Shown here: piece by piece, positions 6,779 through 14,816 of the stretch
Layout: each line of letters begins with the position of its first letter
Position numbering within the stretch: the first letter of the stretch is position 1
NCBI GenBank assembly: GCA_036655895.1
Contig: JAVVPF010000015.1
Location: 1-24,000, forward strand
Direction: 5' to 3'
Length of the DNA: 24,000 nucleotides
Source: Cloacibacillus sp.
GTDB taxonomy: Bacteria; Synergistota; Synergistia; Synergistales; Synergistaceae
Notes under the pieces: model-generated
The model's input: the letters and a program-made list of their open reading frames with translations, nothing else
Told to the model about the DNA's origin: nothing
Databases searched by the model: none
Translations under genes and position numbers: made by a program

Positions 6779-8074
6779 CTACCGCGAGGGCTTTGTGTGG
6801 TTTGTCACCCAGGCGGCCAGCTCATCCGGCGAACATTGGCCCGCGGGGCGTCCCTGTTTTGTCTGCATGTGCGCAAGCGGGATGCTCACCCTGTTTACGG
6901 AATCGGGCAGAGCTATGTTGTTGTGGAACGCGGCTAGTGAAAGCCCCGCAAACGCCGCTGTGACGTAGTTTTTTGCGCCGTCGCGCCATAGCTGCAGCAC
7001 GAGGCAGCTTCCCGGAGGTATTTGGTTTTGCGCAAAGCCCGGCAGACGCCAGTTGAGGCCGAGCAGCGCGGCGACGCCCGCGATGTTCGTGTCGTGCCCC
7101 ACAAAAATAGAAACCTTCGCCGCCTGCGCCGGAGCCTTTATCGCGGGCGCCACCTTCGCAAGCCCGAGGTCGCGCCCAAGCAGCGCAGAGGCGAGCAGCG
7201 CCGTAAGCTGGCTCGCTTTAGGGAGCGCCACGCCGTTTGCGCGGTTCACGACGTCGAAGATGTTGCTGTGCACCTGCATGAGGTTTTCAAGCACCTCGCC
7301 GTTTACAGCGCCCCAGCCTGCGTTTTGGTCGGGCCACTGACAGTATTCCAGCAAAAATATTTCAGCGGTCGATGAGGCTATGGCAAGGCCGCCGCTTATT
7401 CCCACGCTAGCTCCGTCCTCCGCAAAGACGATTTCAGAGGGTATGGCAAGCAGATTCGCGCCCTGCGGCAGATGATACTTTTGCGCCGCCTCCGCCGTTA
7501 TCGGGCCGCATACGTTTGTAAGCTGCGACAGAGGACCGGAAAGTTCCTGCGTCAGCGCGGCGATAGAGCCGCCGGCGTTTCTTACGATGTCCTTGTAGGC
7601 CGCCGTTTTGTCGAAAGAGGCAAGCCCCGCCCTCACCGGGTGGAAAACGGGCGTGACAAATATCCTGTCATAGACGACGGGCGCCATATCCTGGGAGCCG
7701 GCGAGCGCCGCAAGCATCGCCTCCGCCGTTTGTACCGTGCGCTGCGTGGCGTCGGCGCAGATGAATATTTCCGCAGGCTGCACGCCCTGCGCCAGAAGCC
7801 GCGCGCGCTCCGCTCCCCACTGTTGGAAGACGAGCGCCGCGCCGCGAGCGGTAAGCTCGCCGGGCTTGACTGGCCAAACGGGCCATTTTTTTGCCGTCCA
7901 CTCCGCAAGCACGGCCGGTTTTTCAAGAGGGCTGCGCACGCCGTGGCGTGCAAGCACCACCTCTTTGAGCAGCACCCTTCCATCTGCCAGCGCCTCCTGC
8001 GGCAGCGCCGCCGCTGCCGCCGCGGCTAGAAGCGCGCATATTAAAAACAGTTTGCATAATTTTCTCCAATCCAT
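6779..8074 (-). CDS. secreted histidine acid phosphatase (branch 2; AppA/Agp/phytase-like)
   Basis: RHGxRxP motif (LARHGVRSP) plus the downstream HD motif (VGHDTNIAG). Signal peptide MDWRKLCKLFLICALLAAAAAAALPQEALA. Confidence 0.8.
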   Translation of the reverse strand: MDWRKLCKLFLICALLAAAAAAALPQEALADGRVLLKEVVLARHGVRSPLEKPAVLAEWTAKKWPVWPVKPGELTARGAALVFQQWGAERARLLAQGVQPAEIFICADATQRTVQTAEAMLAALAGSQDMAPVVYDRIFVTPVFHPVRAGLASFDKTAAYKDIVRNAGGSIAALTQELSGPLSQLTNVCGPITAEAAQKYHLPQGANLLAIPSEIVFAEDGASVGISGGLAIASSTAEIFLLEYCQWPDQNAGWGAVNGEVLENLMQVHSNIFDVVNRANGVALPKASQLTALLASALLGRDLGLAKVAPAIKAPAQAAKVSIFVGHDTNIAGVAALLGLNWRLPGFAQNQIPPGSCLVLQLWRDGAKNYVTAAFAGLSLAAFHNNIALPDSVNRVSIPLAHMQTKQGRPAGQCSPDELAAWVTNHTKPSR

Positions 8075-8118
8075 GACAGACCCGCCCTTTGCTTCATTTT
8101 TATATAAAAAATCGAGAC

Positions 8119-8147
8119 TTATGACGATATTATTTATAATCCGTCAA
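8119..8147 (-). promoter_or_regulatory. candidate promoter of the phosphatase gene
   Basis: On the minus strand: TTGACG (8147-8142), 17-nt spacer, TCATAA (8124-8119), about 45 nt upstream of the ATG. Confidence 0.3.
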
Positions 8148-8196
8148 AGCCTCGATATGCAGGGTATTTAATGAATCGGCGGGCTGCGTTTAGTGC

Positions 8197-8985
8197 CTAT
8201 CCGCGCATTTTTTCAACGTCCGCTCCGTATTTTACGCCTATTATCTCCGCCATTATGGAGACGGCTATCTCGTTTGGCGTCTCTGCCTTTATCGGAAGGC
8301 CTATAGGCTGGTGGAGGCGGTCGAGGTGCGCGGCCGATACGCCGCGTTCAAGCAGCATCTTGCGCACGGTAGCTATCTTGCTGCGCGATCCTATCATGCC
8401 GTAATAGGCGCCGGGCATATTGTCCGTCACCGCCACGGCCTCCGCGTCGAGCGAGTGCCCGCGCGTCATTATGACGACGAAGCTGCGGTCGTGCAGCGAA
8501 AGGCCGTTCTCATAGACCTTTTCGATGGGGCAGACGATGCTGCGCGCCCACGGGATGTTTTCAGAGTTTGCAAATTCGGCGCGGTCGTCCCAGACGACGA
8601 CGCGAAAGCCGGCGAAGGCGCCGATTTCCGCAAGGGCGCGTCCGACATGGCCGCCGCCGAAGATGACCAGCTCGTCGCTGCGCCCCAGCACCTCCATGAA
8701 GAGGTCGGCCTCGCCGCCGCAGGCCATTCCGTCGCGCTCCGTAAGGCTCTTGTGCCAGAGGCGCGTAGGCTCGCCGCTTTTTAAAAGTTCAAGCGCCTGT
8801 CCGATGGCCTCAAACTCGATAAGGCCTCCGCCGATGGTGCCGAGAATGCTTCCGTCGGGGCGCACCCACATCGACGCCCCGCGGCTGCGCGGCGTAGAAC
8901 CAGATTCGGTAATGACCGTGCAGACGACGCCGTATTTTCCGTTTTCAAGCTCGCCGTTTATCTTTTCCAAAAGATCTCTATTCAT
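8197..8985 (-). CDS. xdhC: XdhC/CoxI family molybdoenzyme maturation (accessory) protein
   Basis: ATG at 8985 is preceded by GAGGAAGG. The N-terminal XdhC_CoxI region (VVCTVI...GSTPRS.GA.M.V..DG...GTIGGG..E) is followed by a Rossmann-like XdhC_C region (LVIFGGGHVGRALA...G.RVVV.D.R). Confidence 0.85.
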   Translation of the reverse strand: MNRDLLEKINGELENGKYGVVCTVITESGSTPRSRGASMWVRPDGSILGTIGGGLIEFEAIGQALELLKSGEPTRLWHKSLTERDGMACGGEADLFMEVLGRSDELVIFGGGHVGRALAEIGAFAGFRVVVWDDRAEFANSENIPWARSIVCPIEKVYENGLSLHDRSFVVIMTRGHSLDAEAVAVTDNMPGAYYGMIGSRSKIATVRKMLLERGVSAAHLDRLHQPIGLPIKAETPNEIAVSIMAEIIGVKYGADVEKMRG

Positions 8986-9223
8986 AAAAACACCTTCCTC
9001 TAAAAAATCTCTCTGACATTGCGCCGCGTTAAATCTTTTATCTTCTCTCTTCCGCTTTCTTTTCGCATTTTGCCTTTGTCCGCCGTAACGCACAGCGTCG
9101 GCGTTGAGACGGCGGCGGCCAAATAAGCCCGGCCGGCATGGAACGCGCCGTATTTTCATACGCCGCAGTCAGAAGGCGCCCTGCCTCAGACGCTGGCGCG
9201 CCGTATGAGCGCGGGCACGATAT

Positions 9224-10270
9224 TTAGGAGCCGGCGGCGAAGCTGCAGGCGGGGTAATGGCAGACGGGGCAGTGCTCGCACAGGCCGCCTACGCCCCATC
9301 TGCGCACGAGGTCGCCCGGCTCTATGCCGGCGAATACGAATGGCAGCAGCTTGTCGAGCGCTGTTCTTTCGTCAAAGGCGACGCAGGCTGGCGCGCCAAT
9401 GACGGCCACGTCGCGCCCGTCTTCCGGCGATTTCGCCCAGCCCAGCATCAGCATAGCGCCGGGAAGCGCGGGCGTTCCCTGAAACGATATTTTCGCGCAC
9501 CGCGAGCGGATGGCGCCAGGCGTTCTGTCGTCCGCGTCGACGCTCATGCCGCCGGTGCATATAACGGCGTCCGCGCCCTCGTCAAGAAACGCTCCTATGG
9601 CGCCGCTTATCTGCTCCAGTGAATCGGTACAGAAGCGCTGGCCCAAAAGCGTGCCGCCGAGCCGTCCAAGTTTTTCCAGAAGTTTCGGGCGGAAGGCGTC
9701 CTCAACGCGGTTGTCCACTATCTCCTTGCCAGTAGTCACAAGTCCCACCTTCAGCGGCTTGAAGGGCAGTATCATAAACGGTTTACTGCCGCGCACCGAG
9801 GCCACGGCGCGTTCGACGCGGTAGTCTCCAAGCACCAGCGGACGGATGCGAAAGCCAGCCACCGTCTGTCCGGCCAGCACCGGCCTGTGAGGGGCGAGCG
9901 CCGAAAGCACCCAGTCAGGGTCCTGATTGACGCGGTTCACCGTCTCAGCCAGATACCAAAGCAGCCCAGACTTCTCCGCTACGAGGTTGCACCGTCCCTC
10001 CTCCGGCTCCGTAAGGCGCAGGTTTTCGCCGCAGAGCGCCTCTCCGAGCGCGCGCGCCGCGTCGTCCTCGTGAATGTCGCCGGGAGACATCTCCATTATC
10101 GAAAGGTTCTCGCGCCCCATGCTGCGAAGCGTCTCAAGGTCGGCCTCTGTGATCACCTGTCCCTTTTTGAAGCGCGCCGATTTTTTGTGGTTTTTCGCGT
10201 CGATCTGCGTAAGGTCGTGCGCAAGCGGCAGTCCTACCGCCGCGTCAAGCGGGATCTGCGTTATCTTCAA
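9224..10270 (-). CDS. molybdopterin-binding (MoCF_biosynth/MoeA-MogA-like domain) protein with Cys-rich C-terminus
   Basis: MoCF-type domain: VGLVTTGKEIV...DSLEQI..AI..FLDEGADAVICTGGMSVDADDRTPGAI. The C-terminal tail is CEHCPVCHYPAC. The TTG start overlaps the upstream stop as TTGA. Confidence 0.65.
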   Translation of the reverse strand: MKITQIPLDAAVGLPLAHDLTQIDAKNHKKSARFKKGQVITEADLETLRSMGRENLSIMEMSPGDIHEDDAARALGEALCGENLRLTEPEEGRCNLVAEKSGLLWYLAETVNRVNQDPDWVLSALAPHRPVLAGQTVAGFRIRPLVLGDYRVERAVASVRGSKPFMILPFKPLKVGLVTTGKEIVDNRVEDAFRPKLLEKLGRLGGTLLGQRFCTDSLEQISGAIGAFLDEGADAVICTGGMSVDADDRTPGAIRSRCAKISFQGTPALPGAMLMLGWAKSPEDGRDVAVIGAPACVAFDERTALDKLLPFVFAGIEPGDLVRRWGVGGLCEHCPVCHYPACSFAAGS

Positions 10271-10704
10271 TTGTTATCATCCTTTTCATCGTTGTTTTTA
10301 TCGGAATTGCTCACAGCGCACTCAGGGCACGCGCCGTAGATGACGAACTGTTTGCCCTCGACCTGCATCCCGGCGGGCACCGCAACGCGCGGCATCCGCT
10401 GGTCGGCAAGGCAGAACATCCTGCCGCACGAAAGACATAAAAAATGCGCGTGATCGCCGGGGCAGCCCTGCGTTCCCTGCTCGTGCGCGCAAAAACGCCA
10501 GACGCCGTCGATGCCCTGCACCTGATGGACGATGCCCGCCCTCTTCAAAGTTTCAAGCGTCCGGTATAGAGTGACGCGGTCGAGATGCTCCGCAAGCCGC
10601 GCCTGTATCTCCGCGTGAGAAAGCGGCGCGCCCTCCGCTGCAAGCAGCTCCAGCACCACGCGCCTCTGCCGCGTCACCCGCAGCCCCGCGCTTGTCAGTT
10701 CCAT
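10267..10704 (-). CDS. Fur family transcriptional regulator
   Basis: Fur-type winged helix (RVTRQRRVVLELL...LSHAEI...VTLYRTLETLKRAGIV) plus HAHFLCLSCG...CPEC metal sites. ATG at 10704 is preferred over TTG at 10716, and the RBS is weak for both. The stop overlaps the next gene's start (TTGA). Confidence 0.8.
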   Translation of the reverse strand: MELTSAGLRVTRQRRVVLELLAAEGAPLSHAEIQARLAEHLDRVTLYRTLETLKRAGIVHQVQGIDGVWRFCAHEQGTQGCPGDHAHFLCLSCGRMFCLADQRMPRVAVPAGMQVEGKQFVIYGACPECAVSNSDKNNDEKDDNN

Positions 10705-10960
10705 ATTTATATCCAAAAGGTCCAGGCCCCCAGTCCGTTTTTATTTTCCCAATATTTATATTATCCTCAAATCACAACTTAATTGCAATAGGTTGCCCGC
10801 GCGCGAAAATAACACACCAAAGCGCCGCGCGTTTAAAATTATTTGATATATAAGGCAAAATTTGTTTTGAGGCCTTACTACATCGTGCAAAAGAAAAATC
10901 AACGTCGCAAACGTAAGCGTAAATTAATTTTTACAGCTCTGTTGCGTTCCAAAGCAGAGG

Positions 10961-10989
10961 TTGACATTATCGGCCTCTGCTTTTATTAT
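10961..10989 (+). promoter_or_regulatory. sigma70-type promoter of the ilv leader
   Basis: TTGACA (10961-10966), 17-nt spacer, TATTAT (10984-10989). It is embedded in a 10-bp-stem hairpin (10951-10960 / 10974-10983). Confidence 0.55.
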
Positions 10990-11052
10990 GTTCCCCAATA
11001 TGCGAGAAAGGCGCGCAGCCTTTCAAACCGGCATCGAAGGGACGGGACAGCA

Positions 11053-11142
11053 ATGCGGAAAGATATGATGGTAAACGTATCCAATATAGTCGTCGTAGTA
11101 CGCATTATTAGCAGCGGGTCCCCCGAATTGGCCGGCGCTTAA
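11053..11142 (+). CDS. ilv leader peptide (29 aa; MRKDMMVNVSNIVVVVRIISSGSPELAGA)
   Basis: A short ORF between the promoter and an intrinsic terminator. It has 6 Val and 3 Ile within 13 residues, including GTC GTC GTA GTA (11089-11100) and ATT ATT (11104-11109). Alternative starts are at 11065 and 11068. Confidence 0.6.
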   Translation: MRKDMMVNVSNIVVVVRIISSGSPELAGA

Positions 11143-11157
11143 TTGCCGTGTTACTTC

Positions 11158-11193
11158 GGACCGGGGCCCACAGAGGGCGCCGGTCCTTTTTTT
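11158..11193 (+). terminator. attenuator terminator upstream of ilvN
   Basis: GGACCGGGGCCC-acaga-GGGCGCCGGTCC, followed by T7 (11187-11193). This gives 11 of 12 bp paired, 38 nt before the ilvN start. Confidence 0.7.
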
Positions 11194-11230
11194 ATGATTT
11201 TTAAGTTTGCTTAGAAAGGGCGTTATCAAT

Positions 11231-11719
11231 TTGAAGAGTACATTCAGCATCGTTTCCGAAGACAACCCCGGAGTGCTGATGCGCATCGCAAGCCTCATCT
11301 ACCGGCGCGGCTATAACATCGAGAGCCTTAGCGTCGGGCGCACGGACACGCCGGGACTTTCGCGCTTCACCATCATCATAGAGGGCGAGGAGGGCGTCTA
11401 CGACCAGATCCGCAAGCAGCTCATGAAGCTCATAGAGGTCGTAGAGGTGAACAACCTCACGAAAGAGGGGCCGTTCGTCGAGCGCTGGCTTTCGCTAGTC
11501 AAGGTAATGGCGCCTCTTGAACGCAGGCCGCACATCTTGCAGACGGCGGAGATCTTCCGCTGCCGCGTCGTAGACCTCGGCTCCGATACGATAACGCTTG
11601 AGGTGACGGGCGACTACGGAAAGGTGCAGGCCTGCATGGAGGCGCTTCGCCCCTACGGCATACTTGAGACGGCTGGCAGCGGACAGGTTGCGCTCTCCCG
11701 CACCGGCTTCGACAACTAA
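11231..11719 (+). CDS. ilvN: acetolactate synthase small (regulatory) subunit
   Basis: ACT-domain start typical of IlvN/IlvH (STFSIVSEDNPGVLMRIASLIYRRGYNIESLSVG.T). TTG at 11231 follows GAAAGGG. An alternative TTG at 11207 has no RBS. Confidence 0.85.
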   Translation: MKSTFSIVSEDNPGVLMRIASLIYRRGYNIESLSVGRTDTPGLSRFTIIIEGEEGVYDQIRKQLMKLIEVVEVNNLTKEGPFVERWLSLVKVMAPLERRPHILQTAEIFRCRVVDLGSDTITLEVTGDYGKVQACMEALRPYGILETAGSGQVALSRTGFDN

Positions 11720-11782
11720 GTTATCATTTAGCCCAGTAAGCTTTTGATATATAAATTCTAATATTTTAAGGAGTGTTTTATT

Positions 11783-12796
11783 ATGGGTGCAAAGGTTTAT
11801 TACGATCGCGACGCGGACTTGAATTTTCTTAACGGCAAAAAGGTGGCCGTCATCGGCTACGGAAGCCAGGGACATGCGCATTCGCAGAATCTGCGCGACA
11901 GCGGCGCGGACGTCATCGTAGCTCTTCACGAAGGCAGCAAGTCAAAGGCGAAGGCGGAAGCGGACGGCTTTTGCGTGCTGACGGTGGCTGAGGCCGCAAA
12001 AGAGGCCGACCTCATCATGTTCCTCATGCCCGACCACATGCAGGCTGAGATATACAAGACGCAGGTCGCGCCGAATATGAAGCCCGACGCCAAGCTGCTC
12101 TTCGCGCACGGCTTCGCGGTACATTTCGGCCAGATAACGCCCGCTCCGTCGCACGACGTCTTCATGATAGCCCCCAAAGGCCCCGGACACATGGTGCGCG
12201 CCATGTACAAAGAGGGCAAAGGCGTGCCGTGCCTCATCGCCATCTACCAGGACGCAAGCGGCAAGGCGAAGGACTACGCGCTTGCATACGCCTCGGCAGT
12301 AGGCGGCGGACGCGCGGGCATCATTGAGACCACCTTCCGTGAGGAGACGGAGACCGACCTCTTCGGCGAGCAGGCCGTGCTTTGCGGCGGCGTCTGCGAA
12401 CTGATGCAGCAGGGCTTCAAGACCCTCGTCGACGCCGGCTACCAGCCCGAGATGGCCTACTTTGAGTGCATCAACGAGATGAAGCTTATCGTAGACATGA
12501 TCTTCGAAGGCGGCATGAGCTGGATGAGATACTCAATCAGCGACACGGCGAAATACGGCGACATGACGGCAGGCCCGCGCGTAATTGGCGAAGAGTCGCG
12601 CAAAGCCATGAAGCAGCTCCTCACAGAGATACAGGACGGCACCTTCGCGCGCGACTGGATCCTTGAGAACCAGACCGGACGCCCGCGCATGAAGAAATGG
12701 GCGAAGGCGGCCCAGGAAGCTCCCTGCGAAGCCGTAGGCAAAGAGCTGCGCAAGATGATGCCTTGGATGGATCAGAAGGAAATCCCTAAATTTTAA
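11783..12796 (+). CDS. ilvC: ketol-acid reductoisomerase (class I)
   Basis: [39 protein letters not shown] and a full-length 337-aa KARI-like sequence. RBS AAGGAG. Confidence 0.95.
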   Translation: MGAKVYYDRDADLNFLNGKKVAVIGYGSQGHAHSQNLRDSGADVIVALHEGSKSKAKAEADGFCVLTVAEAAKEADLIMFLMPDHMQAEIYKTQVAPNMKPDAKLLFAHGFAVHFGQITPAPSHDVFMIAPKGPGHMVRAMYKEGKGVPCLIAIYQDASGKAKDYALAYASAVGGGRAGIIETTFREETETDLFGEQAVLCGGVCELMQQGFKTLVDAGYQPEMAYFECINEMKLIVDMIFEGGMSWMRYSISDTAKYGDMTAGPRVIGEESRKAMKQLLTEIQDGTFARDWILENQTGRPRMKKWAKAAQEAPCEAVGKELRKMMPWMDQKEIPKF

Positions 12797-12917
12797 GATT
12801 GTATGGCCCATCTCCGTCATGACTTGGCCTCAGCCTTTCCTCGCCGCACGAAAGAGTGCGGCTCCGGGAGGCTGAAACCAAGTCATTTAGGAGCTGAACC
12901 ATCCAATCTTAAAATTT
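12788..12917. repeat. about 130-nt imperfect inverted repeat / extended hairpin overlapping the ilvC stop codon
   Basis: Outer arms 12788-12806 / 12899-12917 pair at 18 of 19 positions. Inner helices are 12812-12815/12890-12893, 12819-12827/12878-12886, 12830-12836/12869-12875 and 12843-12849/12856-12862, with apical loop GAAAGA. Confidence 0.5.
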
Positions 12918-13120
12918 CAACTTTTGACGCACCGCAAGTGCGCCTCCGGCTCATCGCCGGCCGATTCATTTAGCATCCGGCACATCTAAACAGCGGGCCA
13001 TACGTATCGTATGAAAATATGAAAAGATAAGAAGATAAAAGATAACAAGACAAAACACAACATGATAACACGGTAAGCAGGCACTGGCTAAAAAACAAGA
13101 TTTTAAAGGAGCGCAATAAA

Positions 13121-14803
13121 ATGGCAAGAATGAACGGGGCTCAGATGGTGGTCAAAGCTCTGGAGGACGAGGGCGTATCGACGGTCTTCGGGCTTCCCGG
13201 GGGGACGGTCATCCATCTCTATGACGCTCTCTATGATTCCAAATTAAATCACATACTGATGCGCCACGAACAGGCGGCCTCGCACGCGGCGGACGGATAC
13301 GCGCGCACAAGCGGCAGGCCGGGCGTCTGCATCGCGACATCGGGCCCCGGAGCCACGAACCTCGTAACAGGCATAGCGACAGCGAACCTCGACTCAGTGC
13401 CGATGATAGCCATCACGGGGCAGGTGGCGACCACAGTCATCGGAACGGACGCCTTTCAGGAGGCGGACATCGTAGGCGCCTCGCTTCCGCTGGTAAAACA
13501 CAGCTTCCAGGTGCGCACGCCCGACCAGATACAGTCAACCATCCACAAAGCCTTCTACATAGCCTCGACGGGACGCCCCGGGCCGGTGCTCATAGACGTC
13601 CCCGCGGACGTACAGAAGGGCTTTGGCGACTATAAATATTCAACGGAGCTAGATTTTTTAGGCTATCATCCAGAAAACCTCTGGGACGTCTCGCAGCTTG
13701 ACGCCGCGGTCTCCCTCATAGAGCATGCGGAGCGCCCCGTGATATTTGCCGGCGGCGGCGTCATTCGCTCAGGCGCCTCGCCCCAGCTCATAGACTTCGC
13801 GCTGAAATACCAGATACCGGTGACGACCACGCTCATCGGCAAAGGCGGATTCCCCGAGTCGCACGAATCGGGCCTCGCGCTCGGCATGGCCGGAATGCAC
13901 GGACGCCCCGTAGCGAACCGCGCGCTCATGGCGGCAGACGTCATAATCGCCGTCGGCTCGCGTTTCAGCGACCGCACCACAGGCAACAGACAGCGGTTTG
14001 CCGCGGACGCAAAAATAATCCACATAGACCTCGACGCGGCTGAGATAGACAAAGCCATAGAGACGGACGTCTGGCTCGTAGGCGACGCCGCGCGCGTGCT
14101 CGACGCCTTGATGGCCGCGCTTGGCAAAAAAATAGCGGAGCACGGCGAATGGAACAAAACCCTTGACGAAATACGCAAAAAAGAGCCGCTGCCGCACGGC
14201 CGTCTTGAAAACGAAATAGCCCCGTGGCAGGCGCTCGAAGAGCTTCGCGCACTCACGGGAGGGTCGGCCGTCATCACAACCGAAGTCGGCCAAAACCAGA
14301 TGTGGGCGGCGCAGTATCTTAACATCGAAGCGCCCGGGCGCTTTTTGAGCTCAGGAGGCCTGGGTACAATGGGCTTCGGATTCCCCGCTGCAATAGGCGC
14401 GGCCTACGCCTGCCCAGACCAGCCCGTATGGTGCGTCGCCGGCGACGGCAGCCTCATGATGAACATACAGGAGCTAGACACCTGCGCACGCTACAACATC
14501 CCCGTCAAAATCATGCTGCTCAACAACGCCTGCCTCGGCAACGTGCGCCAGTGGCAGCAGCTGTTCTACGATCACCGTTATTCAAACACCATCTACAACA
14601 GAACGCCTGACTTCGTAAAAGTCTCCGAGGCGATGGGCGTTCCCGCCTTCTCCGTCTCGCACCCGAACGATCTCCACAAAACGCTTGCGGCCGCAATGGC
14701 CGAGCCGGGCCCAGCCTTGGTGGACGTCCGCATACCGCAGGGCGCGCTAGTGCTTCCGATGGTCTACCCCGGCGACTCGATAGACAACATGGTGACTCAA
14801 TAG
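13121..14803 (+). CDS. ilvB: acetolactate synthase large (catalytic) subunit, biosynthetic type
   Basis: ThDP-enzyme N-terminus (GAQMVVKALEDEGV..VFG.PGG....YDAL), the SGPGATNLVTG motif, and a C-terminal ThDP motif GDGS.MMNIQEL. RBS AAAGGAG. Confidence 0.95.
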   Translation: MARMNGAQMVVKALEDEGVSTVFGLPGGTVIHLYDALYDSKLNHILMRHEQAASHAADGYARTSGRPGVCIATSGPGATNLVTGIATANLDSVPMIAITGQVATTVIGTDAFQEADIVGASLPLVKHSFQVRTPDQIQSTIHKAFYIASTGRPGPVLIDVPADVQKGFGDYKYSTELDFLGYHPENLWDVSQLDAAVSLIEHAERPVIFAGGGVIRSGASPQLIDFALKYQIPVTTTLIGKGGFPESHESGLALGMAGMHGRPVANRALMAADVIIAVGSRFSDRTTGNRQRFAADAKIIHIDLDAAEIDKAIETDVWLVGDAARVLDALMAALGKKIAEHGEWNKTLDEIRKKEPLPHGRLENEIAPWQALEELRALTGGSAVITTEVGQNQMWAAQYLNIEAPGRFLSSGGLGTMGFGFPAAIGAAYACPDQPVWCVAGDGSLMMNIQELDTCARYNIPVKIMLLNNACLGNVRQWQQLFYDHRYSNTIYNRTPDFVKVSEAMGVPAFSVSHPNDLHKTLAAAMAEPGPALVDVRIPQGALVLPMVYPGDSIDNMVTQ

Positions 14804-14816
14804 GAGCTGATAGATA

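Noticed and set aside
8986-9159. 58-codon N-terminal extension of the XdhC ORF
   Set aside because: An Arg/Lys-rich translation of a purine tract. GAGGAAGG precedes the ATG at 8985, and the XdhC domain begins there.
10843-11142. 99-aa ORF spanning the ilv promoter region
   Set aside because: It crosses the predicted promoter and hairpin. Only the last 29 codons, downstream of the TSS, are plausible as the leader peptide.
10996-11200. T-box riboswitch as the ilv leader mechanism
   Set aside because: I could not find the T-box consensus (AANNNGGGUGGNACCGCG-like) or an AG-bulge/specifier-loop arrangement. The Val/Ile-rich ORF and helix geometry fit leader-peptide attenuation better. A covariance-model scan would settle this.
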